A stretch of DNA of 64,000 nt from Lama glama (lineage: Eukaryota): contig CM052832.1 of assembly GCA_028534125.1 (NCBI GenBank), positions 6,016,001 to 6,080,000 on the forward strand, read 5' to 3'. Positions 11,706 to 25,275 of the stretch are shown here, in pieces. The first letter of the stretch is position 1. Every line of letters begins with the position of its first letter. Made by a program: the position numbers and the translations under genes. Below the pieces are notes generated by a model. The model was not told the origin of the DNA. It did no database searches and was given only the letters and a program-made list of their open reading frames with translations.

Positions 11706-13190
11706 CTATTAAAATAATAATAGTGAAAACAGTAAAACATTTACATATTAAATACTTATAATTAAATTCTGATTGTAAATAATCTTAAATTATGTAAACA
11801 TCTCTCCTCATCCCATCTCTGACAAAAATTATAAAATGATAAAATAAAAATTATAAAATAAGATCCAAACAACCCCACAAAAGATCAGAGACCAAACACG
11901 TATTCTATTAGAACAAACGTCTTCTTGATCAAAATTCAAACATTTCAGAAATTATCACTGAGTTAGATAAACTTTAAAAAATCTTGATGAGCAAAAATGT
12001 TCTGTTCTGCCTCCCCTATTTTAAGATTACTATGCACCATTTTACCCCTGTTTAACAGCTGAGGGTTTTTTGTTGTTGTTGTGGGGGAGAGAGGAAGGTA
12101 GCAGGGAAAGGGAGAGAGACTGTGTTTAAAAAGAAAAAGATGGAGTAGCTAATAAATATATCTAACTTTCACTCTTCAGAACTCTCAAAGAGAAGATTAA
12201 AAGCAAAGGTCTGTTTTTCCTCAATTTATTAAAATTCTCTCAGGTTTATAAACATTCATTCATTTCAGCCTTACTTTAATGCCTTAAAAAACTTGAGACA
12301 CATTCCTAAGTATGTGAATTTGGTTTTTCCAAATTAAAAATAACTGATAATCAGTATTGCATAAACACCTAATAAAAGCAAAAAAAAAAAAGTTCATTAA
12401 AACGAGTATAAAAATAAAGCACACTGAACGTTGCTGAATCAATGCTGAGTGAAATCTAGCAACGGAAGGGTCTCAGACAGCATAAGCCTTCACACATTAT
12501 CCTCTAGTAATTTATTCTAAATGAAAGACTGCAAAGGTTAGAGATTTCTGCATTGGCTTAAATCAAATATGGCAGACTGTCTTGCTGTAGTGTCTCTGTT
12601 TTCTGTAAAATTCTCTTTCCCTCTAATTTAAAAACTTAATCAGATTCATCCCTCCACAGGCAAAAAAAAAAAAAAATCAAGTTGTAGAAAAGCAAAAGAT
12701 CGCTGACGAACAATTCAGTCTCACTTTATTAACTGTGAGAGGTGGGACAGACACATTAAATACTGTCAAGAGGTAAAGCCTTCTCCTCGCCCTCCCAAAA
12801 ATGCAGTGACAGAATAGTAGTAAGATCGATAGTACCTTAAAACAAAATTTTTCAACAAAATTAAATAAAAGTACAATTTCTTACAACTGAAGTATTAATT
12901 TGTTTATAACAGTATGATCAGCCTTTTTTTCTTTTAACTATAATAAAGTAATAAAATTTAAGGTTACTTTTTAGTCAGAAGAGAAGAAAAGCAGAAATAA
13001 AGCACAAAACTGATATACTGGTTTGCTTTACCACAATTCAAACAACTTTCATTTGATTACATAAATCTGAAACCTCCTCAAAAAATTATTCAGTAACCAC
13101 GCAAAAAAACTTGTTTTTTTAAGCAATACTGGCAAGAGGTTTTTTGGGCTTTTTTAAAATTATTATCAGCAGTGAACAAGAAAAGCTTAC

Positions 13191-13295
13191 AGGAAAGTCC
13201 TTATCCAGTTCATTTATTTGAACAGCAAAATTGTCTGGAAATACTCCTTCTTTACCATTAAGTTCACCCTTCCACCAGCCAGGTTCCCCAGTCTC
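13191..13295 (-). CDS. CD2AP: CD2AP coding exon 9 (105 nt), SH3C second half: [35 protein letters not shown]
   Basis: Acceptor ttgtag|GAGACT, donor TCCT|gtaagc; SH3 WW and GxFP motifs. Confidence 0.98.
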
Positions 13296-13419
13296 CTACA
13301 ATGCAAGATGAAGAATAATTAAAATAGGGGTTACCTTTAAATAAGAAAAAAGTTAGCAACAAAATAGGAAAATACTGAGTTCCATTATTTTTACAAGGAA
13401 AAATAAAAGCTTTCAACAG

Positions 13420-13632
13420 TTTAGATTTTTTTCAAAATTGTAGAATAGATAAACAAGATTATACTGTATAGCACAGGGAAATACATACAAGATCTTATGG
13501 TAGCTCACAGAGAAAAAAATGTGACAATGAATATATATATGTTCATGTATAACTGAAAAATTGAGCTCTACACTGGAATTTGATGCAACATTGTAAAATG
13601 ATTATCAATCAATAAAAAATGTTAAAAAAAAA
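13420..13632 (+). mobile_element. Short 5'-truncated young L1 3' end (camelid-type)
   Basis: tatactgtatagcacagggaaata... ending aataaaaaatgttaaaaaaaaaa; imperfect TSD aaaagctttcaacag/aaaaaccttcaacag. Confidence 0.82.
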
Positions 13633-14003
13633 ACCTTCAACAGGATGTGACGTCCTCCTAAAAAAATATTCCCCACATAATACTTCAAGTAGTAGTAAGT
13701 TTCAATTTTTAGTAAGTCAAATAATTTAAAAATTCAGTTTACAAGGATAAGAACTTCTCAGGGGGAGAGGAGAAAGGAAAAAAGGAAAGGAAGTGGAAGA
13801 GGAAAGCAGAGAGAGAACATAAATTTCCAAACTATATCTTAACATTCTTTTCAACACATAATACACCAAAAACTAATCACATTATTTATTTGTTTTAGAA
13901 ATTAAGAGTCTTCTACAACTCCTTCCAAACACCACACACCCTTCTACGAGAAATTAGGTGTTACCAGTCCTACCTGCATGTATATGAAAAATTAACATAC
14001 ACT

Positions 14004-16080
14004 GGGGGGACAGGTCAGGATGGCAGAGAAGGCAAACCCTGGGCTCACCTTCTCCAAAGTTACAGCTATTTACAATACAGCAGCCACCAACGAGAATGAC
14101 TAGAAGAAAAGATTTTCCACAATTAAAGACACAAAGAAGGAGCCCCAGTGAGATGGGCTGGTGCGGCAGAGACACAGTCTAATCAAGACCCCCACCCCTG
14201 GGGAGGCGATGCACAAATGGCAGGACAACCACCACTGCAGAGGCTCTCCCGAACGAGTAAGAGGTCAGCGCCCACACCGGGGTCTGCAGCCCGGGGTTGC
14301 TGCCCGGGGTGGGGCTGGGTCCCTGCGCAGGCTGGCTGCACCAGAGCTGGACAGCGGTAGGAAACAGAGACTCCGCTTTTAGAGAATAACAGACACAAAA
14401 TCCCACATACTCCAAGACCCAGGACAGTGGCATTAATTTGAAAAGAGCCTGGGTCAGACCCACCTGCTGATCTTGGAGAGCCTACCGGAGAGGCAAGAGG
14501 CAACCAGGACTCCCTTGGGGTCATGGAAGCTGGTAGCAGACATTTGTGCCTATTATACCATGAGAACGCTGGTGGTGGCAAATGCTATTTTGGAATCCTC
14601 TCTTTAGCCTATTAGCACTGAAGGCATACACACCCATCAGCCAGTTAATACCAGTCTCAGCACCCCCAGAGCTAAGCAGCCAGTCTGCACAGGGCCCCAG
14701 CCCCACCCACCAGTGGGCTAGCATCAGCCCCACCCGGCTCTCCAGGCCTGCAACCAGTACTCTGGGTGCCAGTCTTGCCCACCAATGGGCTGGCCCCAGC
14801 ACTGGGATCCCCCAGGCCCTGCAGCAATCTTTGTGGAAGAATTACTATTGTTAAAATGACCATAATCCCTGAGGCAATCTACAGATTCGATGCAATCCCT
14901 AACAAATATCAATGACATTTTTTGACAGAACTAGAATAAAAAATTCCAAAATTTGCATGGAAACACAAAGGACCTTAAATAGTCAAAACAAAGAAAGTTT
15001 CTCTTCTTGAGAAAGAAGAACAATGCTGCAGGTAGCACGCTCCCTGATTCTGAACTATACTATAAAGCTGGAGTAATCAAAACACTATGGCACCGGCAAA
15101 AAACACATACACAGATTAACGGAACAGAACAGAGAGCCCGGAAATAGACTTACACTTGTATGGCCAGTGAATCTACAACAAAGGCAAGAATACACACAAT
15201 GGGAAAAAGACAGTCTCTTCAATAAATGGTGTTGGGAAAACTAGACAACTACACGCAGAAGAATCAAACTGGACTTTCTCACACCATCTACAAAAATAAA
15301 CTCAAAAATGAATTAAAGACTTACATGTGAGGCCGGAAACCATAAAACTCTTAGAAGAAAACATAGGCAGTATGCTCTTTGACACTGGTCTTAGCAGTAT
15401 TTTTTTTGGATAGATCTCCTACCCAAAAGGAAATGAAAGCAAAAATAAACAAACGGGACTACATCAAACTAAGAAGGTTTTGCACAGTGAAGGAAGCCAT
15501 CAACAAAATCAGAAGGCAGCCTGACGAATAGGAGAAGATATTTATAAACAACGTATCCCATAAGGGGTTAATAATCAAAATACACAAAGAACTCATACAA
15601 CTCAGTATCAAAACGCTAACAACCCAATTAAATAGTGAGCAGAGGATCTGAACAGACATTTTTCCCAAGGAGACATACAGATGGCCAACAGACCCATGAA
15701 TAGATGTCCAACAGCACTAATCATTAGGGAAATGCAAATCAAAACCACAATGAGGTAACACCTCACACCATTCAGAATGACTGCCTAAAAAGACAACAAA
15801 CAACAAGGATTGGCGAGGATTTGGAGAAAAGGGAACCCTCGTGCACTCTTGGTAGGAATGTAAAACTGCTACAGCTGCTATGGAAAACAGTATGGAGACT
15901 CTGCAAAAAAATAAGACTAGAACTATCATATATAATCCAGCAATTCCACTTCTTGGTATTTTTCCAAAACCAAAAACACCAATTTGAAAAGATATATGCA
16001 CCCCTATGTTCACTGCAGAATTTCTAACAATAGCCCAGATATGTAAGCAACCTAAAGTGTCTATCCGTAGATGAATAAAG

Positions 16081-16120
<40 letters not shown>

Positions 16121-16590
16121 TGGAATATTACTCTGCCAAAAAAATGAATAAAATCTTGCCTTGTGACAACATGCATGAACCTCAATGGTATTATGCTAGT
16201 GAAATAAGTCAGACAGACAAAGACAAATATCATAAAATCTCACTTACATGTGGAATCTAAAAAACCAAAGAAATGAACAAACAGAACAGAACAGAAACAG
16301 ACTCACAAAGAACCAGTGGTCGCCGGAGGGGGTGGGGGAATGAGTGAAAGAGGTAAGCGAAATTAAAAGGTACAAATTTCAAGTTACAAAATAAATGAGT
16401 CACAGGGATCAAATACATAACATGGGAAATATAGTCAATAATATTGTAAAAACTGTGTATGGTGACAGATGATAACTAGAACATCAGTGGTAACTAGAAA
16501 TAACAGTGTATGGAAATATCCAATCACTATGCTGTGCACCTGGACCTAACATAGTGTTGTAGGTCAACTATACTTCAATTAAAAAAAATA
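14004..16590 (+). mobile_element. Internally deleted L1: 5'UTR fused to the 3' part of ORF2, then 3'UTR and A-tail
   Basis: G-run start, GC-rich 5'UTR to about 14830, then ggaagaattactattgttaaaatgac...gcaatctacagattcgatgcaatccct (late ORF2), 3'UTR and tail at 16581-16588. Confidence 0.92.
16083..16118. repeat. (GT)n microsatellite inside the L1 3' region
   Basis: Direct reading. Confidence 0.97.
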
Positions 16591-17208
16591 TTTTAAATTA
16601 TACACTGAACAATCTGTTAAGGCAATTTAAAACAATGGAAGAAATTTCTAAAATCACTTTAAAAGGTTATAGCAAAAACAAATATTTATAATATTCCTAT
16701 ATTACAAATAGTTACTACAGGATTCTGCCCACACCCCAATAATTAAGGTTCTTTTTCCTTAATTCAAGTTATAAAACTACCTCAATTCTTTGAAATAGCT
16801 GCACATTTTCCACAGTATAACATTTCATAACCACTTACATATCAATGGACATTCATTGTTCCCCTATTTTTCTTCTTTTTTAATTACAAACAATGCAACG
16901 AACATTAGATGGGAAAAAAATGGTATAAGGTAAAATAGGAAATGAGAACAGAAACATGGGGGTTAGAGAAAAAACACAACATGATGGTAAAAATAATTTC
17001 CAATACCGATCAATTATAACAAAGACAGACAACAGAAGTTGGCTCAAAACAACATTTCTGATCATTTACTATGTGCCAGGTTCTCAGGTCACAGAAATAA
17101 ACAAGACAAAGTCCCAGTCCTTCTAGAGCTTACATTCTAGTAAGACTACTGGAAAATATTTCTATGAATAAAAGAAGTGATTCACTGAAAAACTGAGAAG
17201 TATCTTAC

Positions 17209-17303
17209 CTTACTTAGCAAATGGATTATCTCTCCCTCTTTGAAAGTGAGTTCATCTTCGTTAGTACCTTCATAGGCAAATAACGTTCTACAATACTCCT
17301 TAG
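17209..17303 (-). CDS. CD2AP: CD2AP coding exon 8 (95 nt), SH3C first half: (A)[31 protein letters not shown]
   Basis: Acceptor gttttag|CTAAGG, donor AAG|gtaaga; SH3 RT-loop DEL motif. Confidence 0.98.
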
Positions 17304-17695
17304 CTAAAACAAAGAATGTAAATAATGGGGCTTATATAAATTCGCTCTTTCAGCAAATACTTACTAAGCCTCTATTTTGTCTAAAGAAACGTACACTAGA
17401 AGCTTTCACAGATGACTTTAATAATTTGGCCAATACTACATGTTGAATTAAGCAACAATTTCATTAATCATTCATTCACTAGTTACCACATGCCTACTAT
17501 GTTCTAGTTACAGTTCTAACTGTAGTAGATACATCAGTGAACAAAGCATACAAAACTTCTTGACCTCATGGTGCTTACATCATGGATTTAATTCTCTGAT
17601 GAAGTAGTGCAATGTAACAAATGTCTTCAAAAAAATCTAGTAATACATTTGAGCATGCTTCACTCCTAGTATGGAAATTTCATTCAAAAACTTAC

Positions 17696-17774
17696 CTTTA
17701 AGTTTACCTTCAGTGTCTGTTTTTGTTGTCTCCATACTCTGAGTTTTGGGTCCCAGTGACTGTGTGATTAAGGG
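17696..17774 (-). CDS. CD2AP: CD2AP coding exon 7 (79 nt): PLITQSLGPKTQSMETTKTDTEGKLK(A)
   Basis: Acceptor gttctag|CCCTTA, donor AAAG|gtaagt; phase 0-1. Confidence 0.96.
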
Positions 17775-18039
17775 CTAGAACAGAAAGGATGGCATCAACT
17801 ATGTTAAGTTAGAATAAAGCTAGTAATGTTCAACAAAATTTCCATTAACAGTTACCTAGCTCTCCCTATGGTGCGTACAGCCGGGTCAGTAATGTGACTG
17901 AACACCCTGCCATGGAAAAGATCAATATCTGAGATGCTACTTAAATGACAGCCCAGAACTCCCAGTTTTTAAAACTATCTTCAAGATAATAAACATACTC
18001 TGATTTATCCATAATTCTGTGATTTATTTTCTAAAGTAA

Positions 18040-18270
18040 ATAATAATAGTATTTGAAAATTTACTATGAACCAATTTCTGACCTAATAATAAGTACTTTC
18101 CACACATTATAACTTAATTCTCAGAACAACCTGCATAAAGTAGGCACTAGCCTCTTGTTACAGGTTAGGACGCAGTTAAGCCATCTGCCCACAATGCAAA
18201 GTAATTTAGTAATGGAGCCCAGATTTGAACCAAGAAAGTCTGACTCCAAAAGTGGCCTCTTAGACAGCAC
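18040..18270 (-). mobile_element. MIR SINE
   Basis: gttaagccatctgcccacaatg...atggagcccagatttgaaccaagaaagtctgactccaaa, MIR core. Confidence 0.7.
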
Positions 18271-19921
18271 TAAACTTCCTTACAATGAGACAGAGATGAA
18301 AAGAAAGTCTTTCTACTTCATTGCTGCTATTGGAATGAAAACATTTAGGTGATGTCACAATTCTTGTAACTATAGGGTCTAGTAGGCAATTGTCCACTGT
18401 AACTGCCTACAGTAAGTCCACCTTGTACTAGTGTTTCCTGGAGCCCTCTCTACAGAATTAACACTCCATTTGACCTTAGATTTCATTAGTTAAAAATCTG
18501 AACATCCTGTTAACTTACCGTGTGTTCTGTTTTTATCTTTTAAGATACTCACTTTAATTTAACCATCATATCTTCCAATCTGGTGTCACCTACAAACATA
18601 GCAAATGTGCCCCTACTTTACCAATTCCTAGGTCAGCGATCAAACAAGCCTTGCAAGGCCACCATACAGGGTAACCCTGAGACTAGACTCACTAACAACA
18701 ACTCTTCAGTGGACATTAAAAATGGCAAATGAGAGGTTACCGGTGTGATTGTTAATCAGATAAAGTTATTCAGGATAATCATGAACCTTAGAGTTAGAAA
18801 GGGACCCCAGATCATCTGCCTTACGTCCCTCTTAATGCAGACACTGCTTCTAAACATGCCTAGCTGCTACATGACTACACAGCACCATTCCAAAAACAAG
18901 AACTCTAACCTGCTTCCTTTAAAACCAAGAATTAATTAGGCCCATAATCCTACTGCCAGAAAACCACAGAGCTAGAAGGCAGCAGGACAGAAAGCACAAG
19001 TTCTGTTCCCTGAACCCAAATTATTATTACATGAGAAAACATGTAACAAACTGGGGGGGGGGGGGGAGTTAAAACTAACCATTTTAGGAGAAAATTTTAG
19101 AATAGAATTCACCAACCAGAACAGTTTAAGTGAAATGTAACTAAGAAAGGCAAGTAAACACTAAAATATCTTAAAATTTTAAGAGTTAAATAAAGACATA
19201 CAAATGAGAGCTACCAGGGAAATGGTGCTCTAAAAATCAAGGGAGAGTCCTCTTATCTGAAATAATCTCAATCTAATCTCCAAGGCAGTAACCCCAGGAA
19301 CAAGAGACTTGAAATAAATGTTCTAAAGACTGTAGCTACTTCCCTCACAACATAAAAACTTAAGGGTTTATTTTAAAATCTCTTATTAGACCTTATAATT
19401 TATGATACATTCATTTTCACTTACTTCACAACGCCAGTGACATGCTAGTGGAAAATAAAGTTCTTCATACATTTAGGGCTATCAATTCATAGATTTCACC
19501 ACTACCGACAGAGGGCCAGGAGTAGGGACTACTTAACTGAACATCTCACTGTGAACCTATTTTAAAATGGCCCATTTCAGGTCTACTTCAAATTAAAAGA
19601 AAAAAACATATAATTTTAACTTTTTTAAAAGGAAAAAAAAAACTTGCCTTTTCTGTTTTTACACAATGATAACTCTGAAGTTTCCACTAAGAAAAGTGTG
19701 TGTTAAATTTACCAAAAAGAAAACGCAATTTTATAAAGGATCAAACGTCAAAGTAAGTCACTTAAACGTGAAGACACTCTTCTCATTCATAATCTCATAA
19801 TCTATTACTGGCAATCTCAGAAAAGAAAAGGTTACAGAGCTGTAAACTCACTTTTACATTTTAAAAAGTGCTTAATGAGAGAATGCATGGCGTTCGTCTA
19901 AGGAAAGCTCATCACACCTAC

Positions 19922-20109
19922 CTTTTCCGGTTTCTTCTCTTCTGTTTCACTACTGGACGTTCTTGTTCTAAGTTTCACTGAGCCTTCCTTAAAAATATCT
20001 CCAAATCCAACTCCTCGGATTTTCTTTGGCTGGGTGACTGATCCAGGTGCAGCTTCATTCCCATTTCCCGGAGAGGGTGAAGGTGAGGTAGACCCAGTCA
20101 AAACGGTTT
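19922..20109 (-). CDS. CD2AP: CD2AP coding exon 6 (188 nt): (E)[62 protein letters not shown]
   Basis: Acceptor ctttcag|AAACCG, donor AAAG|gtaggt; conserved QPKKIRGxGFGDIFK of CD2AP/CIN85. Confidence 0.98.
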
Positions 20110-20749
20110 CTGAAAGAATAGTTTGTTTTTAAAGAATGACACTTAAAATCACAAAAACCTTGATATTCCCGTTTCATAGGGTTTATACTCTATACCTAAT
20201 AAAAAATGGTAGAATAAAAATAATACAGTAGTTGAGTACCAAAATATCCCAAAGAGTAAGAAGTACTTTATACTGGATTTTTTTTTTTGCAATGTTGTTT
20301 AAAACAACTTAAAGTATTTCTAATTAGTAAATTGGTCATCAGAAAGCCAGGAAATCACAGTATACCAGATCCTTAAGAAGAGCATATCAAAATTTACAGC
20401 TCTTGAACAAAGATGATATGATGGAAGACAGAAACATTAAAGAGATAAAGTTAATCATTTAAAAAGGTTGTATGATCCAAACTGATCAAAATTAGAGTTT
20501 CTGAATATAAAAACTGGTAATATTAGCAAATTTTTATTTTAAAAAATCAACAGCTCAAGACTTATCATTTTAACTTGGGGATGAAGTAATTTATAATCTA
20601 AGAAAAAAGTTCTAGAGAAAATCATCCAAGAAAATTTTGGAAACATCTCAGAATGAGGGTTGAGGCGTAGAGAAAAATACATGATTTCAGTTCATTGAAT
20701 TAAGGAGTCTGTTGAAGTTTAACAGTTAAGAACAACCGGGGCAATCATA

Positions 20750-20990
20750 AAAATGGTAGTTACTATTTATTCAGAGTTTAATCTGTGCCAGCGACTTGTT
20801 AAGCCCTGTATATGAACTATATCTAATTTACATAATCACCCACAGGCTTAACATTAAACACTATTACTCCTCATTTTCAAAATAAGCAAAACAGACAAAG
20901 AGTTGTTAAGACCTTTCCCAAGTCCATACAGGTAGAAAGTAACAAAGCCAACATTTGCATGGAATTCTAGTTGACCCCAAAACCAGTCTT
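20750..20990 (-). mobile_element. MIR SINE
   Basis: tattactcctcattttcaaaataagcaaaacagacaaagagttgttaagacctttcccaagtc core. Confidence 0.7.
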
Positions 20991-21164
20991 GAACATTTTA
21001 ACATAATGACTCAAACAACAAAAGCCTCTAATCACACATTTAAAACTATCTGAGAAGTAGTTAGTAGAAACAACTTCTATGAACTTAGGAAATGTAATGC
21101 TAACAAGTACAGTCACCTACCCTAACTACTTTCAACATGAGCTTAAACCACATATATTTCTGGT

Positions 21165-23340
21165 GATATATTTTTAAATCAATTTCATTCAGAGAATGTT
21201 TATATACAATAAAGTGAATCCACTTTAAATGGACATTACAGTAATTTTTGACAAATGTGCCCCTATGCACCATGTAACCACAATAATCAAGATACAGAAT
21301 ATCTCTGTTACCGCAGAGAGGACACTTAAACACTATCTCGGTAGATCCTTCTTCCTATACTCAAATCTCAAGGAACTTCTGACCTTCATTCTGTCAGTAT
21401 AGATATGTCCTTTTCAAGAGTTTAAATAAATTAAACACACAACACAGAAATCCCTTGTGTCTGCTTCTTCAGCTAAGTATAATATGTGTAAGATTCATCC
21501 ACACTGTTCCCTGCATCCATACTTCACTCCCTTTTCCCGCTGATTGGTGTTCGATCCTACAGATACATCACTATTTATCTACCAATAAGAATGTTAGCTG
21601 GTTCTTTATAGATAAACTTTATCCAATTTAGAAAGTTCCCTTCTGTTGCTATTACGGAGAGTTTTTATCAAAACTAAGTGTTGAGGATGTAAAATTCTTT
21701 CTGCATCTACTGAGATGACCATATGGTTTTTCTCCTTTATAAACTTTTTAATGTTCGATTACACTAACTTTTTAATGCATAGGATAAACCCCATTAGTCA
21801 TAATGTGTTAACCCTTACATATTTTGCTAGATTTGATGTGCTAATACTCTGTTCAGGATTTCTGTGTTTATGTTCCTGAGATAAAGGTCTGTAGTTCCTT
21901 TTTTTAATGACTTCATCAGATTTTGATATCAAAGTCATACAGACCTAAGAAATCTGAAAGAATCCGTGTATGATTAAATGCCTGGCAGAATTCACTAGTG
22001 CAACCACACAGGGAATGTTCTTTGTGTAAAAATTTTGATAATGAATTTTCAGAAACTATTCAGTTTCTATTCCTTCTATGTTTTGGTAAGTTGTACTTTT
22101 CAAGGAATTTGTACCTCTCATCTAAGCTGTCAAATTTATAGGCATATTTCCTTACTATCCTTTCTCTGTATGATCTGTAGTGATACTTTCATTCATGGCT
22201 GATTATCAGTAATATTTCTCTTTTTCTTTGATCAGTCTTGTCAGAGTTTATCAATATTTTATCTTTATGAAACACTCCACCGTTGAACGTGCTGACTTTC
22301 TAGACTGCTGGTTTGTTTTTAGTTTCATGGGTTTTTGCGTATTTCCTTCCTTCTAATTATTTCAGGTTTGATTTGCTCTTCTTTTACTAGTTTAAGATAA
22401 AAATTTAGACGACCGAGTTTGTACTGTCTTTTCTAGTATAAGCATTTAAAGCTATAAATTTATGTACAGGTACTACTTTAACCTGTATCTCACAAATTTG
22501 GATATGATGTGTTTCCTTTTTATTCATTTCAAAATTCATTCAAATTTCCCTCAATAACTTCTTCTTTTATTCACAGGTTATTTAGTGTTGTTCAATTTCC
22601 AAATATTCCAAATATATTCCTCAATCTCTTTCTGATACTAAAACAATTCCACTGTGGTCATAAAACCTACTCTGCATGACTTCAAATCTTTTAAATTCAC
22701 TGAGACTTGTTTGGTGCCCAAGCATAGGGTCTACCTGGTAAATATTCCATGTACTCTTCAAAAGAATGTGCATTCTATTCTTGGGTTAATGATTGTATAG
22801 GGTCAATAAGGTCAACTTAGTTGATATTATTCAATTCAAGTCTTCCAAGAACTTACTGATATTTTTGTTCACTAACTTTATTGATTACTGAGAGAAGCAT
22901 GTTTGGTTCTACTTGTGGATTTGTCTGTTTCTTTCAGTTCTGGCAGTTCCATCTCATGGATTTTGACCTTCTGGTATTGGGTTACGCATACTTAACACTG
23001 TTAAATAATTTTTATGAACAGACTTCATCATTATGAAATGTTCCCTTTATATCTCTGACAATGTTTCTTTTCCTAACATGTACTCTGATACTAATGTAAT
23101 CATTCTAAACTTCTTACACTCTGCAGAGATATCCTTTTTCATTCTTCTTTTAACCTATGTCTTAATATTTAAAGTGAGTTTTTAGTGGACAGCATATTAT
23201 CATTCAATTGGCCTTTGGAGTTTTTAGATCATTTAATGTTAACAGAATCACTGATGTGGTTATGCTTAAATCCATAATCTTGCTATTTTTTTCCTATTTA
23301 CCCATTTGACCTCTGTCCCTTTTTTCTTTTTCACTTTTTT
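21165..23340 (-). mobile_element. Old fragmented L1 (L1M/L1ME-like), same sense as CD2AP
   Basis: Reverse-strand L1 motifs: agaaagttcccttctg, tctgcatctactgagatgaccatatggttttt, gcagaattcactagtg, catttaaagctataaattt. Confidence 0.8.
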
Positions 23341-23369
23341 TCTTTTTTTTGATTAAACAACATTTATTT

Positions 23370-23535
23370 TCTCAGCTTTGGATGCAGGCAACCCAAGATG
23401 GGAGTGCCAGCATGGCTGGGTTCTGGTGAGATGGCTCATCCTGGCCTGCAGGTAGCTGCGTTCTCACTGTGTCCTCACACGGCCTTTCCTCAATGTGTGC
23501 ATGTGGAGGGAGAGTGGGCTCCAGTGTCTCCTCTT
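23370..23535 (-). mobile_element. MLT1A-like MaLR LTR fragment
   Basis: catttattttctcagc...aagatgggagtgccagcatggctgggttctggtgag...tcactgtgtcctcacac. Confidence 0.7.
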
Positions 23536-23639
23536 ATTTCCTTTTTTTGGGGGGGGCGGGTGGTATAATGACATGTAACACTGTATTAGTTTCAGGCACC
23601 TAACATGACTCAATTAGTCTCCTCAAAATTCTGACCTCT

Positions 23640-25275
23640 TCGCTTTGCACCTCATTCTTCACATCTCCCCTTTCTTACAGAAGAAATTAAAAGACCATCT
23701 TGCCCACAGCTTCCAGACACTAACTCTGAGGTATCTCCAATAAATTGAGATTAATCTGATATCTATTCCGTAAATCTCATTTCCTCCCACCTTCTGGGTA
23801 AATCCTGTTCTGCTAATCAATTCCATTCTTCTGCACTTGCACCTTCAGCTTCTCCCTCTTCACTTGTCCTCTGCCATTAGCATCTGAAAACGATCAAGAC
23901 TTTCCCTTCTTTAAAAAAAAAAAAAAAAGAAGGAAAACATTCTGGAGTCTGTGCTGTCCTCAACTGCTGCACTGCTTCACACTTACTCTCTCCACTGACT
24001 CGGCTTTCTCCTGAGCTCAGCTGCTACCCCAGTCACTTCTCTTTACCACTCTTGTCTTGGTCATTAATGATTTCGTCAACTCTAAATCAGGGTTACATTC
24101 TGTTTCTTACCTTACTTAACCACGCAGGAGCGTGTGACACTACTGTCCATGCCCTCTCTGCCAACCACACACTCACAGCTTCCTGCTGGCTCCCTCTGTG
24201 CCTCCTTGGTCTTCTTTTTAGTTACTCTACCTTGGCTCATACCGTAAAGTTGCTACACAGGATTCTGTCTTAGGCTCTTTTCTTTTTCCACTCTAAACAT
24301 TCTCCCTAGATAACCTCACCTAATTCCATGGTTCCTTGCACCACCCAACATACTGTCAGGCCCCAGTCCTGGATATCCATCCACCCCTCCAAAAATGTTT
24401 TTAAGGTTTGAGGCTCATATACACAACTGACTAACAAATAACTCCTCCTGGATGCTCTCGCACTCCTACAGAACTCAAGGTCAGCATCTCCAAAGTGAAT
24501 TCATCCTCTTCTCCCAAAATGTATCCCCTCCCTACACAGAACACCTCCATCTACCCAGCTAATTGAGCCCAAAATCTGGTAGCCTTGACTCTTCTTCCTC
24601 AGTCAGTCCCCATCATCACAAGGTGCAGATCTTTATACCACTTATTTAGCACAGGAGTGCTACCCATGTTTCTCCACTCCCATGCCCACTCCTCTAGTTT
24701 ATACTGTTTCTACCTAAATTATCAATTGTAATCTCCTTACTCTCCTTTAATCCACTCTTGACACTGCAACCAAACCACTGTACTAAAAAGTAATCTGATC
24801 ATTTCACTCCCCTCTAGGGCTTCTCTGTGACTCGATTACCAGTTTTGCAATGCCTTCTTAAGCCTGACCCAATCATTTCTCCAGCCTCAACTCACCATAT
24901 CCAACTACACACTCTACAGTCCCTCTGGACTGAATCTCTTTCAGGATCCTGAAGTTGGTATGCTCTTTCTTTACCCCCTGCCAAAAACCTGCCTGAGGAT
25001 CTCCCGCCCATTGAGATCGCACCCTGTTACTTCCTACAGGGCACATTCCCTTATAATCCTGCCGAGTCTGAGCTACCTCTCCCACTCATCTATAGCGCCC
25101 TGAATTTTCCGGCACAAATATTTCTCATGTGGAATTAAAATCACATCTTTTCTTTCTCCACAGACGAAATGCTTCAAATATGGGGAATAATCATGACTAT
25201 GTTGCCCTTCACAATATCCCCAGACACGGGCACAATTTGCTCAAGAATAAGCACTGAATATACTGAATGAGCAAA
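23640..25275 (+). mobile_element. L2 LINE 3' portion
   Basis: Pyrimidine-rich L2 motifs (ctcctcctggatgc, cagcatctccaaagtgaattcatc, aatctgatcatttcactcccct), ending tactgaatga. Confidence 0.75.
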
